Positions 1 to 10,334 of a DNA stretch of 64,000 nucleotides are shown here, piece by piece. The stretch is from Acidimicrobiia bacterium (GTDB lineage Bacteria > Actinomycetota > Acidimicrobiia > Acidimicrobiales > Bin134). Position 1 is the first letter of the stretch. Each line of letters begins with the position of its first letter. The stretch is taken from assembly GCA_022825005.1 (NCBI GenBank), contig JAJDYU010000085.1:126947-190946 (forward strand). Direction: 5' to 3'. The position numbers and the translations under genes are program-made. The notes beneath the pieces are model-generated. The model did no database searches and was not told the origin of the DNA. It saw only the letters and a list, made by a program, of their open reading frames with translations.

Positions 1-1186
1 TGTCCACAGAGCGGGCGAAGCCGAGCCACTCCCCCACCTCCATGCCGAAGCTCTCTCCCTCAGAGGATCGCAACGCCATCTGATCGGCTACCGCCTGCGA
101 ATAGGTGGCCAGACCCGACGCCCGGTGCCACGCCTCGGCCAGAGCATCGGAGGCCCGGTCCACCGCTTCGTCGGCTCGGGGATCAGGTGAGGCATGGAAG
201 GTGACGGCTGCCTTTTCGATGATCTGGTTGACTCCCGTCTGATCAAGCCAGGCCATCGCTCGCTTGTAGCGGGTCTCGGGCACGGCATACAGCAGATGCC
301 CGTTCACCCCCTCAACGCCGACTTCGGCCAGGCGGCGCAAGACCGCCAGGTAGGCGTCCTTGTAGGACGGGACCGACAGCTGGGTTGCGCCCATGATGTA
401 CGGCTGGTCGCGCTCGTCGGTGCCGCCGTCCAGCAGGTTGGCCGCCTCGGCGTCGGTCCGAGCCACGATGATGCCCGGCACTCCCATCACGTCCAACTGG
501 AATCGAGCCGAATTGAGTCGCTTGATCTGCTCGTCGCACGGCACCAACACCTTGCCGCCCTGATGCCCGCATTTCTTGACACCGGGTTTCTGGTCCTCGA
601 TGTGATAACCGGGCACTCCGGCCTCGACGAATCGGCGGATCAAATTTCGGACGTGGGCGTCTCCGCCGTGGCCGGTATCGGCATCGGCGATTATCGACGG
701 GGTGAAATCCACCTCCGGGGTGCGCATGCGCTCTTCGATACTCATCCGCGACCGGGCGAACCGCTGGTTGCGATCGGCGGTCAACAGCGCCCTAACCAAA
801 CCCGCGGCCTCGTCGGGAACCATGTTCAGCGGATAGCTGGCCAGGTCGGGGCCGGGATCTTCGTGCAGGGAGCCCTTTGCCGAAGTGGCCCATCCCCCCA
901 GGTAGATCCCCTCGATCCCTGCCCGCTTCATAGCCACGGCTTGGCCCGGCGAATAGGGGCCGAAGGTTGAGATGCACCTCCCCTGCTCGAACAACTCCCG
1001 CAGACGGGCGTAGAACTGCTCGGACGCGAACCGGGCCACGGTGTGGTCCTCGTTTAGAACTCCGCGTTGTTCCACTACTTGGCGAGCCGAGTACAGGCGG
1101 GTGATCCCCTCGAAGCGGGGCGAGGCCATCCACGCTTGGGTGGACCGGACCTCGGCATCGAATGAACCGGCAACGTTGGCGGCCAT
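1..1186 (-). CDS. aceA: Isocitrate lyase, long ICL2-type isoform. The 3' end runs off the left window edge; about 395 N-terminal aa are present.
   Basis: Own translation of the minus strand from ATG 1186: [42 protein letters not shown]... It carries the ICL signature [13 protein letters not shown] and the ICL2-type insert [17 protein letters not shown]...NGHLLYAV. The frame is open to position 1, so it is missing from the ORF track. AAGAGG lies 7 nt upstream of the ATG. Confidence 0.9.
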   Translation of the reverse strand, partial: MAANVAGSFDAEVRSTQAWMASPRFEGITRLYSARQVVEQRGVLNEDHTVARFASEQFYARLRELFEQGRCISTFGPYSPGQAVAMKRAGIEGIYLGGWATSAKGSLHEDPGPDLASYPLNMVPDEAAGLVRALLTADRNQRFARSRMSIEERMRTPEVDFTPSIIADADTGHGGDAHVRNLIRRFVEAGVPGYHIEDQKPGVKKCGHQGGKVLVPCDEQIKRLNSARFQLDVMGVPGIIVARTDAEAANLLDGGTDERDQPYIMGATQLSVPSYKDAYLAVLRRLAEVGVEGVNGHLLYAVPETRYKRAMAWLDQTGVNQIIEKAAVTFHASPDPRADEAVDRASDALAEAWHRASGLATYSQAVADQMALRSSEGESFGMEVGEWLGFARSVD

Positions 1187-1297
1187 GCTGATACCTCTTT
1201 GGTGTGGTGGGGGTGGTTGTTCGGGCACGATAGCAACCGCGTCGCTTCTAACTGCACCATTATTTTCGGGAAACATGGCTTTGCTTGAGAATCCGGC

Positions 1298-3490
1298 TTG
1301 GGCAACTTCTACCCTGTGGCGGTGACCTACGAGACTTTCGGAAGACTCGAGGTGTCTAAGCCGTTGGCCGACTTCGTCAACAGTCGCTTGGCCCCAAACA
1401 CACACCTGGACATCGAACAGTTCTGGTCCTCCCTGGAACAGGCAATCGTGCGTTTCGGCCCAAGCATCAGGGCCTGCTTGGACGAGCGCGATGACTTGCA
1501 GGCCCAAATCGACTCTTGGCATCGGAATAGGGGTGATCTGCCAGCTAGCCCGATCGACTTCTTGCGCTCAATCGGCTACTTGGCCGAAGAGCCGCCACCG
1601 GTAGCAGTGACCACCGCGGGGGTCGACCCTGAAGTTGCCCGTCTGGCCGGGCCGCAGCTGGTTGTGCCGGTGGACAACGCCCGCTATGCCCTCAACGCGG
1701 CCAACGCCCGCTGGGGCAGCCTGTACGACGCCTTCTACGGAACCGACGCCATCGACGAGGTGGGCGGCGCGCAACGAAGTGGGCCGTACAACCCGGTGCG
1801 GGGCCAGCGAGTGATCGACCGGGTTCGAGCACTGCTGGACAGCCATGTCCCGCTGGCGTCGGGATCGCATGGCGACGCGGCGGCCTATGCGGTGTCTGCC
1901 GATGGTCTTCGGGTTGAATTTCCCAGTGGCGCAACCTCAGGGCTGGCCGATCCTGAGCAGTTCGCAGGGTACACCGGCACGGACTCGGCTCCAGACACGG
2001 TGTTGCTGCGCAAGCACGGCCTCCACATTGAACTGGTGATTGATCGCGACCACCCCATCGGTCGAGATGACCCCGCAGGGGTGGCCGATGTGATGATGGA
2101 ATCAGCGCTGACCACCATCATGGACCTGGAGGATTCAGTGTCCTCGGTGGACGCCGAGGACAAGACCGTGGCCTATGCCAACTGGCTCGGCCTGATGCAG
2201 GGCAACCTCACCGCCTCGTTCACCAAGGATGGTCAGCCCGTGACCCGCAGTCTGAATGAGGACTCCGCGGTGATCGACCCATTGGGGATTCAGACAACGG
2301 TGCGTCGGCGCAGCGTGATGCTGATCCGCAGCGTGGGATTGCACATGGAAACCGACATGGTTCGCCTAGACAGCCAGCCAATTCCCGAGACCATCATCGA
2401 TGTGGCGATGGCGGCTTGGTGTGCCCTCTGCGATCTGACCGCAACCGGCCCCCATCGCAATAGCCATGCCGGATCGGTTTACATCGTGATGCCAAAGCTG
2501 CACGGTCCCGGTGAAACTGCCCTTGTCCGAGATTTTTTCACCGAGATCGAGGAGGTCTTGGGCATGGCCCCCAACACGCTGAAGATGGGGATCATGGATG
2601 AGGAGCGCCGTACGTCGCTCAACTTGGCCGCCTGCATCGCCGAGGCCTCAGAGCGAGTGGTGTTCATTAACACCGGCTTCCTAGACCGCACCGGCGACGA
2701 TATCCATACCAATATGGAAGCGGGTCCCATGATCCCCAAGGGGGAGATCAAGGCGTCGGAGTGGTTGACGGCCTACGAGGAGGCCAACGTGGCCGTTGGG
2801 TTGGCCATGGGCTTGCCAGGACACGCCCAGATCGGAAAAGGCATGTGGGCTAGACCCGACGACATGGCGGCGATGTTGGATGAAAAGATCGGTCATCCTC
2901 AGGCCGGGGCAACCACCGCATGGGTCCCCTCCCCCACCGCGGCCACATTGCACGCTCTGCACTACCTGGAGACTGATGTCGGCACCCTTCAGAATGAACT
3001 GGCCGAGTCGCCGGTTGATCGCGCCGCCGCCGTCGAATCCATGTTGGCCCCCGCAGTCCTACCGCCAGATCGCGAGCTTTCCCCTGCGGAGATCCAGCGG
3101 GAACTGGACAACAACGCCCAAGGCATCTTGGGCTACGTGACCCGATGGGTGGGCCAGGGAGTGGGATGCTCCAAAGTGCCCGACATCGACGATGTCGCCT
3201 TGATGGAAGACCGGGCCACCCTGCGTATTTCCTCCCAGCACATCGCCAACTGGCTGCACCACGGGCTGCTATCTGAAGAGCAGGTAGTGGAGGCCATGCA
3301 GCGCATGGCTGCGGTGGTGGACGGTCAGAACTCCGATGACCCCGACTATGAGCCCATGAGCGGCGATTTCTCCACCAGCATCCCCTTCAGCGCTGCCCTC
3401 TCGTTGGTTCTCGAAGGTCGTGAGCAACCCAACGGTTACACCGAGGCGATCCTCACCGCTCACCGCCGCCGCCAGAAGGCAGCCAGCTAG
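1298..3490 (+). CDS. glcB: Malate synthase G
   Basis: 730-aa ORF. The N-terminus ...[23 protein letters not shown] and the overall length are typical of GlcB. It is divergent from aceA. The track start is TTG 1298; GTG 1316 or 1322 may be the true start. Confidence 0.95.
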   Translation: MGNFYPVAVTYETFGRLEVSKPLADFVNSRLAPNTHLDIEQFWSSLEQAIVRFGPSIRACLDERDDLQAQIDSWHRNRGDLPASPIDFLRSIGYLAEEPPPVAVTTAGVDPEVARLAGPQLVVPVDNARYALNAANARWGSLYDAFYGTDAIDEVGGAQRSGPYNPVRGQRVIDRVRALLDSHVPLASGSHGDAAAYAVSADGLRVEFPSGATSGLADPEQFAGYTGTDSAPDTVLLRKHGLHIELVIDRDHPIGRDDPAGVADVMMESALTTIMDLEDSVSSVDAEDKTVAYANWLGLMQGNLTASFTKDGQPVTRSLNEDSAVIDPLGIQTTVRRRSVMLIRSVGLHMETDMVRLDSQPIPETIIDVAMAAWCALCDLTATGPHRNSHAGSVYIVMPKLHGPGETALVRDFFTEIEEVLGMAPNTLKMGIMDEERRTSLNLAACIAEASERVVFINTGFLDRTGDDIHTNMEAGPMIPKGEIKASEWLTAYEEANVAVGLAMGLPGHAQIGKGMWARPDDMAAMLDEKIGHPQAGATTAWVPSPTAATLHALHYLETDVGTLQNELAESPVDRAAAVESMLAPAVLPPDRELSPAEIQRELDNNAQGILGYVTRWVGQGVGCSKVPDIDDVALMEDRATLRISSQHIANWLHHGLLSEEQVVEAMQRMAAVVDGQNSDDPDYEPMSGDFSTSIPFSAALSLVLEGREQPNGYTEAILTAHRRRQKAAS

Positions 3491-3507
3491 CGGGCCAGCT
3501 CCCTGCC

Positions 3508-4233
3508 CTACAACCCCCAGGGTCTCAGATCGATATCCAGCTCCCGCAGACGGTCGATGATCATGGGAGGATCCATGCTCAAGGCCGGCCAGTGGTAGTC
3601 ATAAATGCGGATATTCAGTACGAAGGCGATGTATTCGGCAACTTGGTCGACGGTGAAGTAGATGCCCCGCCGCCCTATGGATGCCTCATAGGCGGCGCCG
3701 TTCTCGCGGTTCAGCACGAAATTTGTGTGGTCGCACATGTGCTTCATGTCGGTGCTCACCCAGTCCCAGATCACTTCGGTACACAAGATCAAGGGTTCGG
3801 AGGGCTCGGCGGAGATCAGCTTGAAGTCCTTGGACACCAGGGTGATGGGCTCCAGCGTGTGGGCGTCGTAGGTCCGCAGTTCCACTTCCTTGCCTCGGAA
3901 GTACGGGGTCCAAGAAACCCCGATTCCCTCATGGGCGCAACCTATATAGCTGTGGAACTCCCCGTCGATGAACATCTCCACCTGGCTGGGAAAGGCCGAG
4001 AACGGCGGCGCCTTCAGGATGTCGCAATTCGGCGATGTCTCGTCGATCACAAACACAATCCCCAACTGGAGAAGCTTGAGCGCCTCCACCAAACGGCGCC
4101 GTTCCATCCCCGTCCCGGCATGCATCGCGGCCAGATTGGGAGCCCGCTTGTTCTCCCCCCAGTAGTCGAAGACAAACTTCCGCAGTTCCAAAGCATCCGC
4201 TGTCCACTCGATCTCCGGCACATGCTGGGGCAT
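3508..4233 (-). CDS. Alkylmercury-lyase (MerB)-like family protein; function unknown
   Basis: 241-aa ORF. It is collinear with MerB blocks: MFIDGEFHSYIGCAHEGI (MerB FEIDDRRLYAWCALDTL), HMCDHTNFVLN (MerB FCCHVHFFAS), IYFTVDQVAEYIAFV (MerB AIVSVHEAFGLGQEF). Confidence 0.5.
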   Translation of the reverse strand: MPQHVPEIEWTADALELRKFVFDYWGENKRAPNLAAMHAGTGMERRRLVEALKLLQLGIVFVIDETSPNCDILKAPPFSAFPSQVEMFIDGEFHSYIGCAHEGIGVSWTPYFRGKEVELRTYDAHTLEPITLVSKDFKLISAEPSEPLILCTEVIWDWVSTDMKHMCDHTNFVLNRENGAAYEASIGRRGIYFTVDQVAEYIAFVLNIRIYDYHWPALSMDPPMIIDRLRELDIDLRPWGL

Positions 4234-4256
4234 GGAGCGAGATTATCCTGCCGGGC

Positions 4257-5516
4257 GTGAGCGACCGCCCTGCCCCCATCCGTATAGAGGATCTCGTTGA
4301 GCCGGTTCTAGCCACTGAGATCGTCGAGATGATGGAGCAGACCGCTCCTATGGCCGATCAGATCGAGTTCAGCCCTGAGGCTGTGCTCGCCGCCGCCACC
4401 GCCCAAAGCGGGCTCAGCGACTTCGGTCCCAGCGAATTCCGAGAACCGCTGGAGGTTCTGTGCCGGGCCATGGACACCGAGGCTGATTTATCGCCAATGG
4501 GCCGCTTGAGCCAGTTCAGCCAGCTCACAGCCTTCGCCGTCAATCGGCTGCGCATCGAGCAATACATCAAGGACCACCCCGATGCCGTGGATGTGCCCAT
4601 CGATCGTCCCATCGTTATCGCCGGGCTGCCCCGCACGGGTACGACGCATCTGCACAATCTCATCTCTGCCGACCCCGGGTTGCGCTCGCTGCCGTGGTGG
4701 GAATCTTTGGAGCCGGTTCCCCCTACCGATGAGGCCGGCACTGTTGAGGGCCGCATCCAGCGGGCCAAAGACGGTTTGGCGGTGATGAACGCGGCCATGC
4801 CCCACTACGACCGCATGCATGAAATGACCTGGGATCACGTCCACGAGGAGATCCACCTGCTGGCCATCGACTTCTCCACCATGCTGTTCGACTGCTCGGC
4901 GGTCATGCCCACGTGGCGGGCGTACTACAAGGAGCACGACCAAACCCCTCACTACCAATACCTGAAGCGCATCCTCAAGGTCCTCACCCATCAGCGCCCG
5001 CCCCGAGAGCGCTGGGTGCTCAAATCGCCCCAACACTTGGAGCAGATCGCTCCGCTGATGAACGTGTTCGGCGACGCCACCGTGGTGTTCACCCATCGCG
5101 ACCCGGTGTCGATTACCGCCTCATTCGCCACCATGATCTGCTACTCGGCCCGCATGAGCGCCTCCCACCCGGTGGATGTCTGCGGCATCGGCCAGTGGTG
5201 GGCCCAGCTCATCCAGGACATGCTCCAGTCGTGTACCGACGACCGCGACCTGGTGCCGCCCGAACAGTCCATCGACGTGCTGTTTCATGAGTTCATGGCC
5301 AACGACGTGGCCATGGTGGAGCGCATTTACAGACTGGCCGACCAGCCGTTCACCGCCGAAGTCAAGTCCGCCATGGACACCTATATGGCTGATCATCCTC
5401 GAGGGAAGCACGGGCGGGTGATCTACGACCTGGCCGATTTCGGAATGACCGCACAAGAGCGCCGCCAAGCGCTCAGCTTCTACACCGACCGCTTTGCCGT
5501 CGAACTAGAGCACTAG
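4257..5516 (+). CDS. Sulfotransferase family protein
   Basis: 419-aa ORF with a PAPS-binding loop motif GLPRTGTTHLHNLIS. GTG start. Confidence 0.8.
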   Translation: MSDRPAPIRIEDLVEPVLATEIVEMMEQTAPMADQIEFSPEAVLAAATAQSGLSDFGPSEFREPLEVLCRAMDTEADLSPMGRLSQFSQLTAFAVNRLRIEQYIKDHPDAVDVPIDRPIVIAGLPRTGTTHLHNLISADPGLRSLPWWESLEPVPPTDEAGTVEGRIQRAKDGLAVMNAAMPHYDRMHEMTWDHVHEEIHLLAIDFSTMLFDCSAVMPTWRAYYKEHDQTPHYQYLKRILKVLTHQRPPRERWVLKSPQHLEQIAPLMNVFGDATVVFTHRDPVSITASFATMICYSARMSASHPVDVCGIGQWWAQLIQDMLQSCTDDRDLVPPEQSIDVLFHEFMANDVAMVERIYRLADQPFTAEVKSAMDTYMADHPRGKHGRVIYDLADFGMTAQERRQALSFYTDRFAVELEH

Positions 5517-5552
5517 CCGTCGAACCGACCGGTTCGCGATGAAGCTAGAGCA

Positions 5553-6635
5553 CTAGCTCAGCTCGGCCAGTTTCACCACTTCGGCGGCAATCGGGTCGGG
5601 GGTCCTCTCAGGAAGGAACCACCGGAACCAGATGCGCCCGTGGGGCCGGCCCTGGGTGGACACCCAGTTGGGCACACCAGGGTCGTTGGCCGCGATCACG
5701 ATGGTCCACGATCCGTCGTCGTCTAGCTGCACTTTGGAGCCATTGGTGGTGACGTCGTCGTAGTCGTAGTTGAAGCAGTGCAGGAACTGGTTCCACAAGC
5801 ACATGTTCCAGAAGACGCACTCCGGTGAACTGCCCTTCAATACCAATGCCTCGTCATCGTCGAGTTCGAACGCTCCCATGGCGTAAGAGGCATCCCCGGC
5901 GGCCCAACCGAAGGTCTCGGTCGGCACCGGAAACGGGTCATCGATGTGGTTGAGGGTGCCCAGCGGGATGGGAACCATGGCGGCCTGTTCCTTCACCCAT
6001 GTCGTCGCGTGCTGGAAGCGCCGGGCCACCTCGGCATCGGTGTGTACAGCACTCCACGCGGGTGCCGGGTCGAGGCACTCGATGCTCCAACGGGCTTTCT
6101 CCCCGCCAACTGGGTCGTTCATGTAGTCGCGAGTGCAGGCCACCACGGCATCAGGAGCGAGTTTCAGGAAGTTGCCCTCGTGGTCGTTGGGGCTGACCAT
6201 CATCTCGTAGGTGCCGTCGGGATTGGGCGTCATCTGAGTGGTGTTGAGCGTTCCCACGATGCGCTCGGAGTAGCGGCCGTCGTCGGGGCCGCCGTACACG
6301 GTGAGCGACAAGTACACCGCGTCGCCGGGGTCTACGGTCATCCGGTAAGTGCGAGAGGGGTCAATTCGGGTCATGAAGTAGAACGCATCAGAGTTGTCGC
6401 CGCCCCACTTCTTGTACGGGCCCACGATCTCGGTGAACCGGGGCCGGTTGGTATCCGCCCACACGTAGACGTCCAAAGCCACCTGGGTAATGGAGAAGAT
6501 CCACCGGTAGCCCTCCAGCACCGCCTGATCGTCGGCCAGCGCCTTGGGACCGGTCAGAAACTCCTGGTCGAGGCCCTTCATGGTGTCAAGCAGTTCGTAA
6601 ACCGCCGCGCTGGTCTCAAATCCGGTATCAGTCAT
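5553..6635 (-). CDS. DUF1214-type conserved protein
   Basis: 360-aa ORF with ...GPYKKWGGDNSDAFYFMTRID... and an overall pattern like DUF1214 proteins. Coding quality is good. Confidence 0.6.
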   Translation of the reverse strand: MTDTGFETSAAVYELLDTMKGLDQEFLTGPKALADDQAVLEGYRWIFSITQVALDVYVWADTNRPRFTEIVGPYKKWGGDNSDAFYFMTRIDPSRTYRMTVDPGDAVYLSLTVYGGPDDGRYSERIVGTLNTTQMTPNPDGTYEMMVSPNDHEGNFLKLAPDAVVACTRDYMNDPVGGEKARWSIECLDPAPAWSAVHTDAEVARRFQHATTWVKEQAAMVPIPLGTLNHIDDPFPVPTETFGWAAGDASYAMGAFELDDDEALVLKGSSPECVFWNMCLWNQFLHCFNYDYDDVTTNGSKVQLDDDGSWTIVIAANDPGVPNWVSTQGRPHGRIWFRWFLPERTPDPIAAEVVKLAELS

Positions 6636-6652
6636 GGTTTCTCCCGTCGGGG

Positions 6653-7321
6653 CTATAGATCTTCATAGAGTTGTCGGTCGGCACGAACGAAGACACCGTC
6701 AGCCGTGGCGGTCACCGTTCCGTCGCACACCATTTCACCTGATGCGTAGAGCTTGCGGCCTTCTCCGCCAGAGGACCAGGCTCGGAGCTTGACCTCCCTT
6801 AACAACGGGGTGGGCCGCCGATAGACCACCGTCAACGTACCGGTGTAGCCCCCCTTGTTGTTGACCACGTTGACCACACCCAAGAGCTCATCGAAAATCT
6901 CCGCGATTATCCCGCCGTGGACCAGGCCGGGAGGGCCCGCATAAACCGGAGACAGGTTCATCCTCCCGTGAACCTCCTCCCCCTCCGCCCAGAGTTCAAC
7001 TGGCGGGGATGCCGGGTTCAACCGGCCGACGATGGGACTGAAAGGGAAGAACGCCATGGGATCGCGGGAATCGAAATTGGGAGTCAGCTCGCCCATCACC
7101 CCTTGTTGATGGAGCCCCTTCATCTGCTCCTTTTCGACCAGCGCCGCGGCCTGTTCCAGCAATTCAGTGGCCTTGGTGAGGGAATCCCCGGTGACCGTGG
7201 TGACTCGCACCGCGTTCAACACGCGCCGGGCCGCTTCGGTCAACGCCAGACGGTCGGCCCCGGCGCCGTAATCGGGGCTAGGCGCTGCGCTGGGGGCTTC
7301 CCAAAGAGGCTTTTCGCTCAA
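6653..7321 (-). CDS. PaaI/hotdog-fold thioesterase family protein
   Basis: 222-aa ORF. Hotdog core motif GLVHGGIIAEIFDELLG. Confidence 0.7.
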   Translation of the reverse strand: MSEKPLWEAPSAAPSPDYGAGADRLALTEAARRVLNAVRVTTVTGDSLTKATELLEQAAALVEKEQMKGLHQQGVMGELTPNFDSRDPMAFFPFSPIVGRLNPASPPVELWAEGEEVHGRMNLSPVYAGPPGLVHGGIIAEIFDELLGVVNVVNNKGGYTGTLTVVYRRPTPLLREVKLRAWSSGGEGRKLYASGEMVCDGTVTATADGVFVRADRQLYEDL

Positions 7322-7346
7322 AGTGAGGGCAGGAAATGGATGATCG

Positions 7347-8144
7347 TCAGTCGGTGTCGTAGCCGTAGTCGACCACGTGATCAGTGCCGGGAAGGCCGGG
7401 AGTGACCAGTCCGGCTCGCCAGCCGCCGTCCACGTTCAACTCGGCACCAGTGACGTAAGACGATTCGTCGCTGGCCAAGAACAAGGCGGCGTAAGCGATC
7501 TCGATGGGCTCACCAACCCGGGAAATGGCGTGGTAGATGTAGGGCTCCTTCTCGGCCCGCGGATCATTCCTCGGGTTGCCCATAGGCGTGTTCACCCCGC
7601 CGGGGTGGATGGAGTTGACCCTGATGTCGAAACGGCCCCACTCGATGGCCGCGGTCTTGGTCATGCCCCGGATGGCGAACTTCGAGGCGGAGTAGCTGAT
7701 GAGGCCGTTCTTAGACTGCTGGCCATCGATGGAGCTGATGTTCACGATGGAGCCCCCGCCGGCCATCTTCATAGATTCCAACACCGCCTTCATGCCCAAA
7801 AAGGTGCCCACCTGGTTGACGTTGATGACCGCCATGTAGTCGTCGAGGGTGGTTTCCTCGATGGCCGCGGGCCGCAGGATGGCGGCGTTGTTGACCAGGA
7901 CACTCAACGAGCCCATGCTCGCGGCCGCTTCAACGGCCGCGTCCCAGTCAGCCTCTTGGGACACATCCAGGTGTACATATCGGGCGTTCGCTCCGATACT
8001 GGCCGCCACTTGCTCGCCGTCGTCGTCGAGAACGTCCCCGAGCACAACTTTGGCCCCTTCGGAGGCGAAAAGCCGGGCCTCGGCCTCCCCCTGGCCCCGT
8101 GCTGCTCCGGTGATGATTGCTACTTTGCCGTCCAGCCGTCCCAT
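7347..8144 (-). CDS. SDR family oxidoreductase (3-ketoacyl/hydroxysteroid dehydrogenase-like)
   Basis: 265 aa. KVAIITGAARGQG cofactor motif and YSASKFAIRG catalytic Y-x-x-x-K. Confidence 0.9.
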   Translation of the reverse strand: MGRLDGKVAIITGAARGQGEAEARLFASEGAKVVLGDVLDDDGEQVAASIGANARYVHLDVSQEADWDAAVEAAASMGSLSVLVNNAAILRPAAIEETTLDDYMAVINVNQVGTFLGMKAVLESMKMAGGGSIVNISSIDGQQSKNGLISYSASKFAIRGMTKTAAIEWGRFDIRVNSIHPGGVNTPMGNPRNDPRAEKEPYIYHAISRVGEPIEIAYAALFLASDESSYVTGAELNVDGGWRAGLVTPGLPGTDHVVDYGYDTD

Positions 8145-8219
8145 CTCAGCGTCTCCTTCGGTGTTCGGGCGGTGATTGCCGGGGCCACCCTACTTGCCCG
8201 CTTCAGCCCGCCCTAACCT

Positions 8220-9416
8220 GTGCGCATGGATCTGGGATATCGGACCTTCGACGCCGACAACCACTACTACGAGCCCCGTGACGCCTTTACCCGTTACATC
8301 GAACCGGCATTCGCCAACCGTGCCGTAAGGCCGGTGATCGAGCCCGACGGCGCCGAGGAGGTGTACATTGGCGAGCAGCGCTTCACCTTTTTGGAGCACC
8401 GCAACTACGACACTGCTCCCCGTCCGGGAATGTTGCGGGAGATGCTCCAAGCCATGAAGCGAGGGGAGGGTGGCGCCAACATCAGGGGTACTCGGGTGTC
8501 TGAGCCTCATCGCCCGGAATATGTAAAGCGCTCGGCCCGAGTCGCCGTGCTCGACGCGCAGGGCATCGAAGCCGCAGTCTTGTTCCCCACGCTCGCAGTG
8601 TGCGTTGAGCACTACATGGTTGATGACCCCGCCCTGCTCTATGCCAACCTCTCTGCTTTCAACCGCTGGTTAGACGACGAGTGGGGCCTGAACCGAGATG
8701 GCCGCATCCATGCCCCTCCCCTGCTGTCGCTGGTCGATCCCGACCTAGCGGTGGCCGAGTTGGAATGGGCGTTGGGCCGGGGGGCTCGGGTGGTGTCGCT
8801 TCGTCCGGGACCCGCAGCCGGCCGAAATATCGCCGACCCAGTATTCGACCCCTTCTGGGCTCGGATCAATGAGGCCCATGCCGTGGTGGGGTTCCACATC
8901 GGCGAGTCGGGCTACAACCAGTCGATGTCGGTGCATTGGGGCGAGGACCCAAATCCCCCGTCGCACCGGCAGTCGGCGTTGCAATGGACCTGCTTCTACG
9001 GAGACCGGCCGATCATGGAAACGGTGGCAGCGCTGATTTATTCCAATCTGTTCGAGGCGTTTCCCAACGTGCGGATCATGAGCGTGGAGAACGGCAGCCT
9101 GTGGGTGGACTACCTGATGGCGGCCATGAACAAGATGAACCGGATGGGCCGCAACGGCCCGTGGTTGCGGGGCCCGCTGACTGAGAAACCCAGCGACGTA
9201 TTCCGCCGCCACGTGTTCGTTTCGCCCCACCACGAGGAGCCGGTGGCCGATCTGGCCCGCTCTATCGGGGTATCCCAAGTGCTGTTCGGCTCCGACTGGC
9301 CCCACGCCGAAGGCCTTGCCCAGCCGCTGGAGTTCGCCGAGGGGCTATCCAGCCTCCCGCCAAGTGATATCCGCCTGATAATGCGGGAGAATTTGGCCGG
9401 ACTGCTGGCCGCCTAA
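8220..9416 (+). CDS. Amidohydrolase_2 family protein (metal-dependent hydrolase/decarboxylase type)
   Basis: 398 aa. N-terminal FDADNHYYEP and C-terminal LFGSDWPHAEG motifs. The start may be ATG 8226. Confidence 0.85.
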   Translation: MRMDLGYRTFDADNHYYEPRDAFTRYIEPAFANRAVRPVIEPDGAEEVYIGEQRFTFLEHRNYDTAPRPGMLREMLQAMKRGEGGANIRGTRVSEPHRPEYVKRSARVAVLDAQGIEAAVLFPTLAVCVEHYMVDDPALLYANLSAFNRWLDDEWGLNRDGRIHAPPLLSLVDPDLAVAELEWALGRGARVVSLRPGPAAGRNIADPVFDPFWARINEAHAVVGFHIGESGYNQSMSVHWGEDPNPPSHRQSALQWTCFYGDRPIMETVAALIYSNLFEAFPNVRIMSVENGSLWVDYLMAAMNKMNRMGRNGPWLRGPLTEKPSDVFRRHVFVSPHHEEPVADLARSIGVSQVLFGSDWPHAEGLAQPLEFAEGLSSLPPSDIRLIMRENLAGLLAA

Positions 9417-10300
9417 ACGGCATTGTCTCTAAACAGCCGCCGGTCATAGGGCACGCCGCATCGCTCGAGGGCGGCCTGCCAGGCGGGGCTGTTCTTCATG
9501 ATGCGCCGCAGTCCCAAGACCATTGCCGTGCTGCTGGCTCGCGCCCCGGGAAACGCGGTCAAACCCAAGACCGAGGTGAGCTCTTGGGGGATGGTGGCGA
9601 TAGCCCCGTTCATCAGGATCTGGTATCCCGCCTTTTGGGCCGCGGGAATCGGAGGACTCTGTAGGAACCTGACCGCGGCCCGCATGCCCGGGCTCGGCGC
9701 CAGAGCAGGATGCCCGATAATCCACTCCCGCAGCGCTCTGGCAGTTGTGGGCAATGGTGCGGCCCCCAGCATCTCCCCCACCTGGGACTGCTCAACCACG
9801 AACTGGTCGGCTTCGGCGGGGCTTAGGCGACCGCCGAAGCGCTGGAAGGACTCGAGGAAGGAGTCAGTCAACGAGTTGTGGACCCACGCGGCAAGCTCTG
9901 GAGTCGATGCACTGTACGCCTGCCCCCGATGTGAAGTGCCGCTCACACCTTGGTGGGCCGAATTAACCAGATCAATGGCTTCTTTGACCTCAGGCATCGC
10001 CCCAAAAGTGGCCGACGTGACGTAGAAGGACGTGCGGCTGAGGCGGCCGAGCGGATCATCCCGGTAGCGACTGTGGTCGTCCACACCGGCCACTACCTCA
10101 GGATGGGCCGCTTGGATCAGCAGTGCTCGGATACCGCCGATGAACACGCTGACATCGCCGATAACCCTCCAGCTGATCGAGCCTGGACCGCACAGTCCCG
10201 GATCTCCGGGGAAATCTCGGGTGTGTCTCAAAGGCATCTGCGCGTGGGCGAACATGCCGCTCACCGAGTTGATGACCCGACTCTTGGCCCAGTGGAGCAC
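9413..10300 (-). CDS. MpaB/DUF2236-type oxygenase family protein
   Basis: 295 aa. GPGSISWRV...GGIRALLIQAAHPEVVAGV pattern. Confidence 0.7.
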   Translation of the reverse strand: MLHWAKSRVINSVSGMFAHAQMPLRHTRDFPGDPGLCGPGSISWRVIGDVSVFIGGIRALLIQAAHPEVVAGVDDHSRYRDDPLGRLSRTSFYVTSATFGAMPEVKEAIDLVNSAHQGVSGTSHRGQAYSASTPELAAWVHNSLTDSFLESFQRFGGRLSPAEADQFVVEQSQVGEMLGAAPLPTTARALREWIIGHPALAPSPGMRAAVRFLQSPPIPAAQKAGYQILMNGAIATIPQELTSVLGLTAFPGARASSTAMVLGLRRIMKNSPAWQAALERCGVPYDRRLFRDNAV

Positions 10301-10334
10301 TGATTCACCCTACCTCCGGCCGAGGGGAGGCCGG

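Noticed and set aside
194-970. 258-aa plus-strand ORF (and the minus-strand ORFs 312..572 and 792..1133)
   Set aside because: They lie antisense to, or out of frame with, the clearly recognisable isocitrate lyase reading frame (minus, 1..1186). The composition is Arg/Gly/Ala-rich, as is typical of spurious ORFs in GC-rich DNA.
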